A DNA stretch of 63,449 nt, filler included, from Octopus bimaculoides (taxonomy: Eukaryota): NCBI RefSeq assembly GCF_001194135.2. It is 5 parts of 4 records of this genome, joined end to end, with 100 filler letters (N's around TTAATTAATTAA, not from the genome) between each part and the next. Parts side by side here need not be neighbours in the genome. Positions count along the whole stretch, not along the records: positions 58,481 to 63,449 come from NC_068983.1; 4 more parts are not named here. One strand, 5' to 3'. The stretch's first letter is position 1; every line of letters begins with the position of its first letter. This document shows positions 62,527-63,449 of the stretch, in pieces. Position numbers and translations under genes: made by a program. A model generated the notes under the pieces. It was not told where the DNA came from and did not search any database. It saw only the letters and a program-made list of their open reading frames with translations.

Positions 62527-63091
62527 TTGCATTAATGTTTGTTTCTTTGTGAAATTGTAAACACACTAATATATACGTGTAATAAAACATAAAATGAAGG
62601 ATCACTTAATACATGTAAGTAGAGTATTGCAATAATATATTTTAACAAATAAAATGCTGAGACACAATGTCAATCTTTCTTTGTGTAAAATTAAATTATA
62701 CACATACACACACACACGTAAACACATACACATTCACATACAAACATACAAACTTACACACATATGTGTATAACTAACGTTGGATTCAGTTAATGTCGAG
62801 TTCCTTATTTAACGGCTTAATAAATGACAACATTGCACAAAATAAAGTTTTAAATTACTCATTGATTATATACTATTTCTTCACACATCAACTCATGCCT
62901 ATATTGGCTATTAACATCTCGCAGACATTATCATCTTTTCACCTATCCTAATACAGGTACATACCGCACACAATAGTTTCAACACATTACATTTATAGTT
63001 ACCAAATTTCTCATAACTTACATTTTTATTCAGTATAGCGAATTCCATTTTTTCTTACTTATTACCTACATCGTTGGATTTATAACTCTAT

Positions 63092-63205
63092 AGATTTATA
63101 GATCTCTCTCCAGCCTCGCCTTTTGTGATATATAAACACAATATAACATAAGATTCATAGGTCTCTCTCCAGTCTCACCCTTTGTTATATATAAACACAA
63201 TGTAA
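63092..63205. repeat. Two tandem copies of a 59-bp unit
   Basis: AGATT(T/C)ATAG(A/G)TCTCTCTCCAG...ATATATAAACACAAT at 63092 and 63151. Confidence 0.85.
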
Positions 63206-63449
63206 AATTACATTGATGGATCTCTTAGCACGTTTTAGTAGAATACATATTCATTAACAATTATAAGGACAAGGTTGAAAGGAATTTCGAAATTCCAGCT
63301 CGTCTCTTTCATCAGACAGTCCAATGAAGACAATCATGTCGCAACTTCGAAGTCACTGTCAAGTTTATTACTCATATAAGTTAAATGACTGAAACATGTA
63401 AAACAATAAAACAATAAAACTATATATACACACACACGCATATATATAT

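Overview
AT-rich, microsatellite-rich, gapped eukaryotic genomic DNA. It is most likely from an octopod cephalopod; this is inferred from the CDICGKSFS...[12 protein letters not shown] finger signature and the dense tRNA-SINE and simple-repeat landscape. The left 34 kb is mostly retroelement debris and microsatellite: several SINE families, RTE, two R4/Dong-like RLE LINE fragments sitting in (TAA)n, and Penelope-like pieces. It also holds one well-bounded coding exon of a USP24-like deubiquitinase (796-950, minus strand) and two weak candidate exons near 13 kb. From 34 to 58 kb there is a cluster of five paralogous C2H2 zinc-finger genes, each with its CDS in one ORF (orientation - - + + -). 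They were duplicated together with about 2-2.5 kb of upstream sequence containing a conserved ACTACA + GCGCATGCG motif pair, a predicted small non-coding exon and a 4-codon uORF. A further orphan copy of the upstream block lacks its gene. The cluster carries a Merlin transposon derivative, a 239-bp MITE, Tc1, mariner and CR1/L2-like LINE fragments. The most notable item is an apparently intact minimal type I hammerhead ribozyme 800 nt downstream of, and in the same sense as, ZNF gene 2, whose proximal poly(A) signal is mutated (AATAAA in genes 4 and 5, AATGAA in gene 2). Four 100-bp gaps contain an artificial TTAATTAATTAA linker. All family assignments come from motif recognition by eye and need database confirmation.
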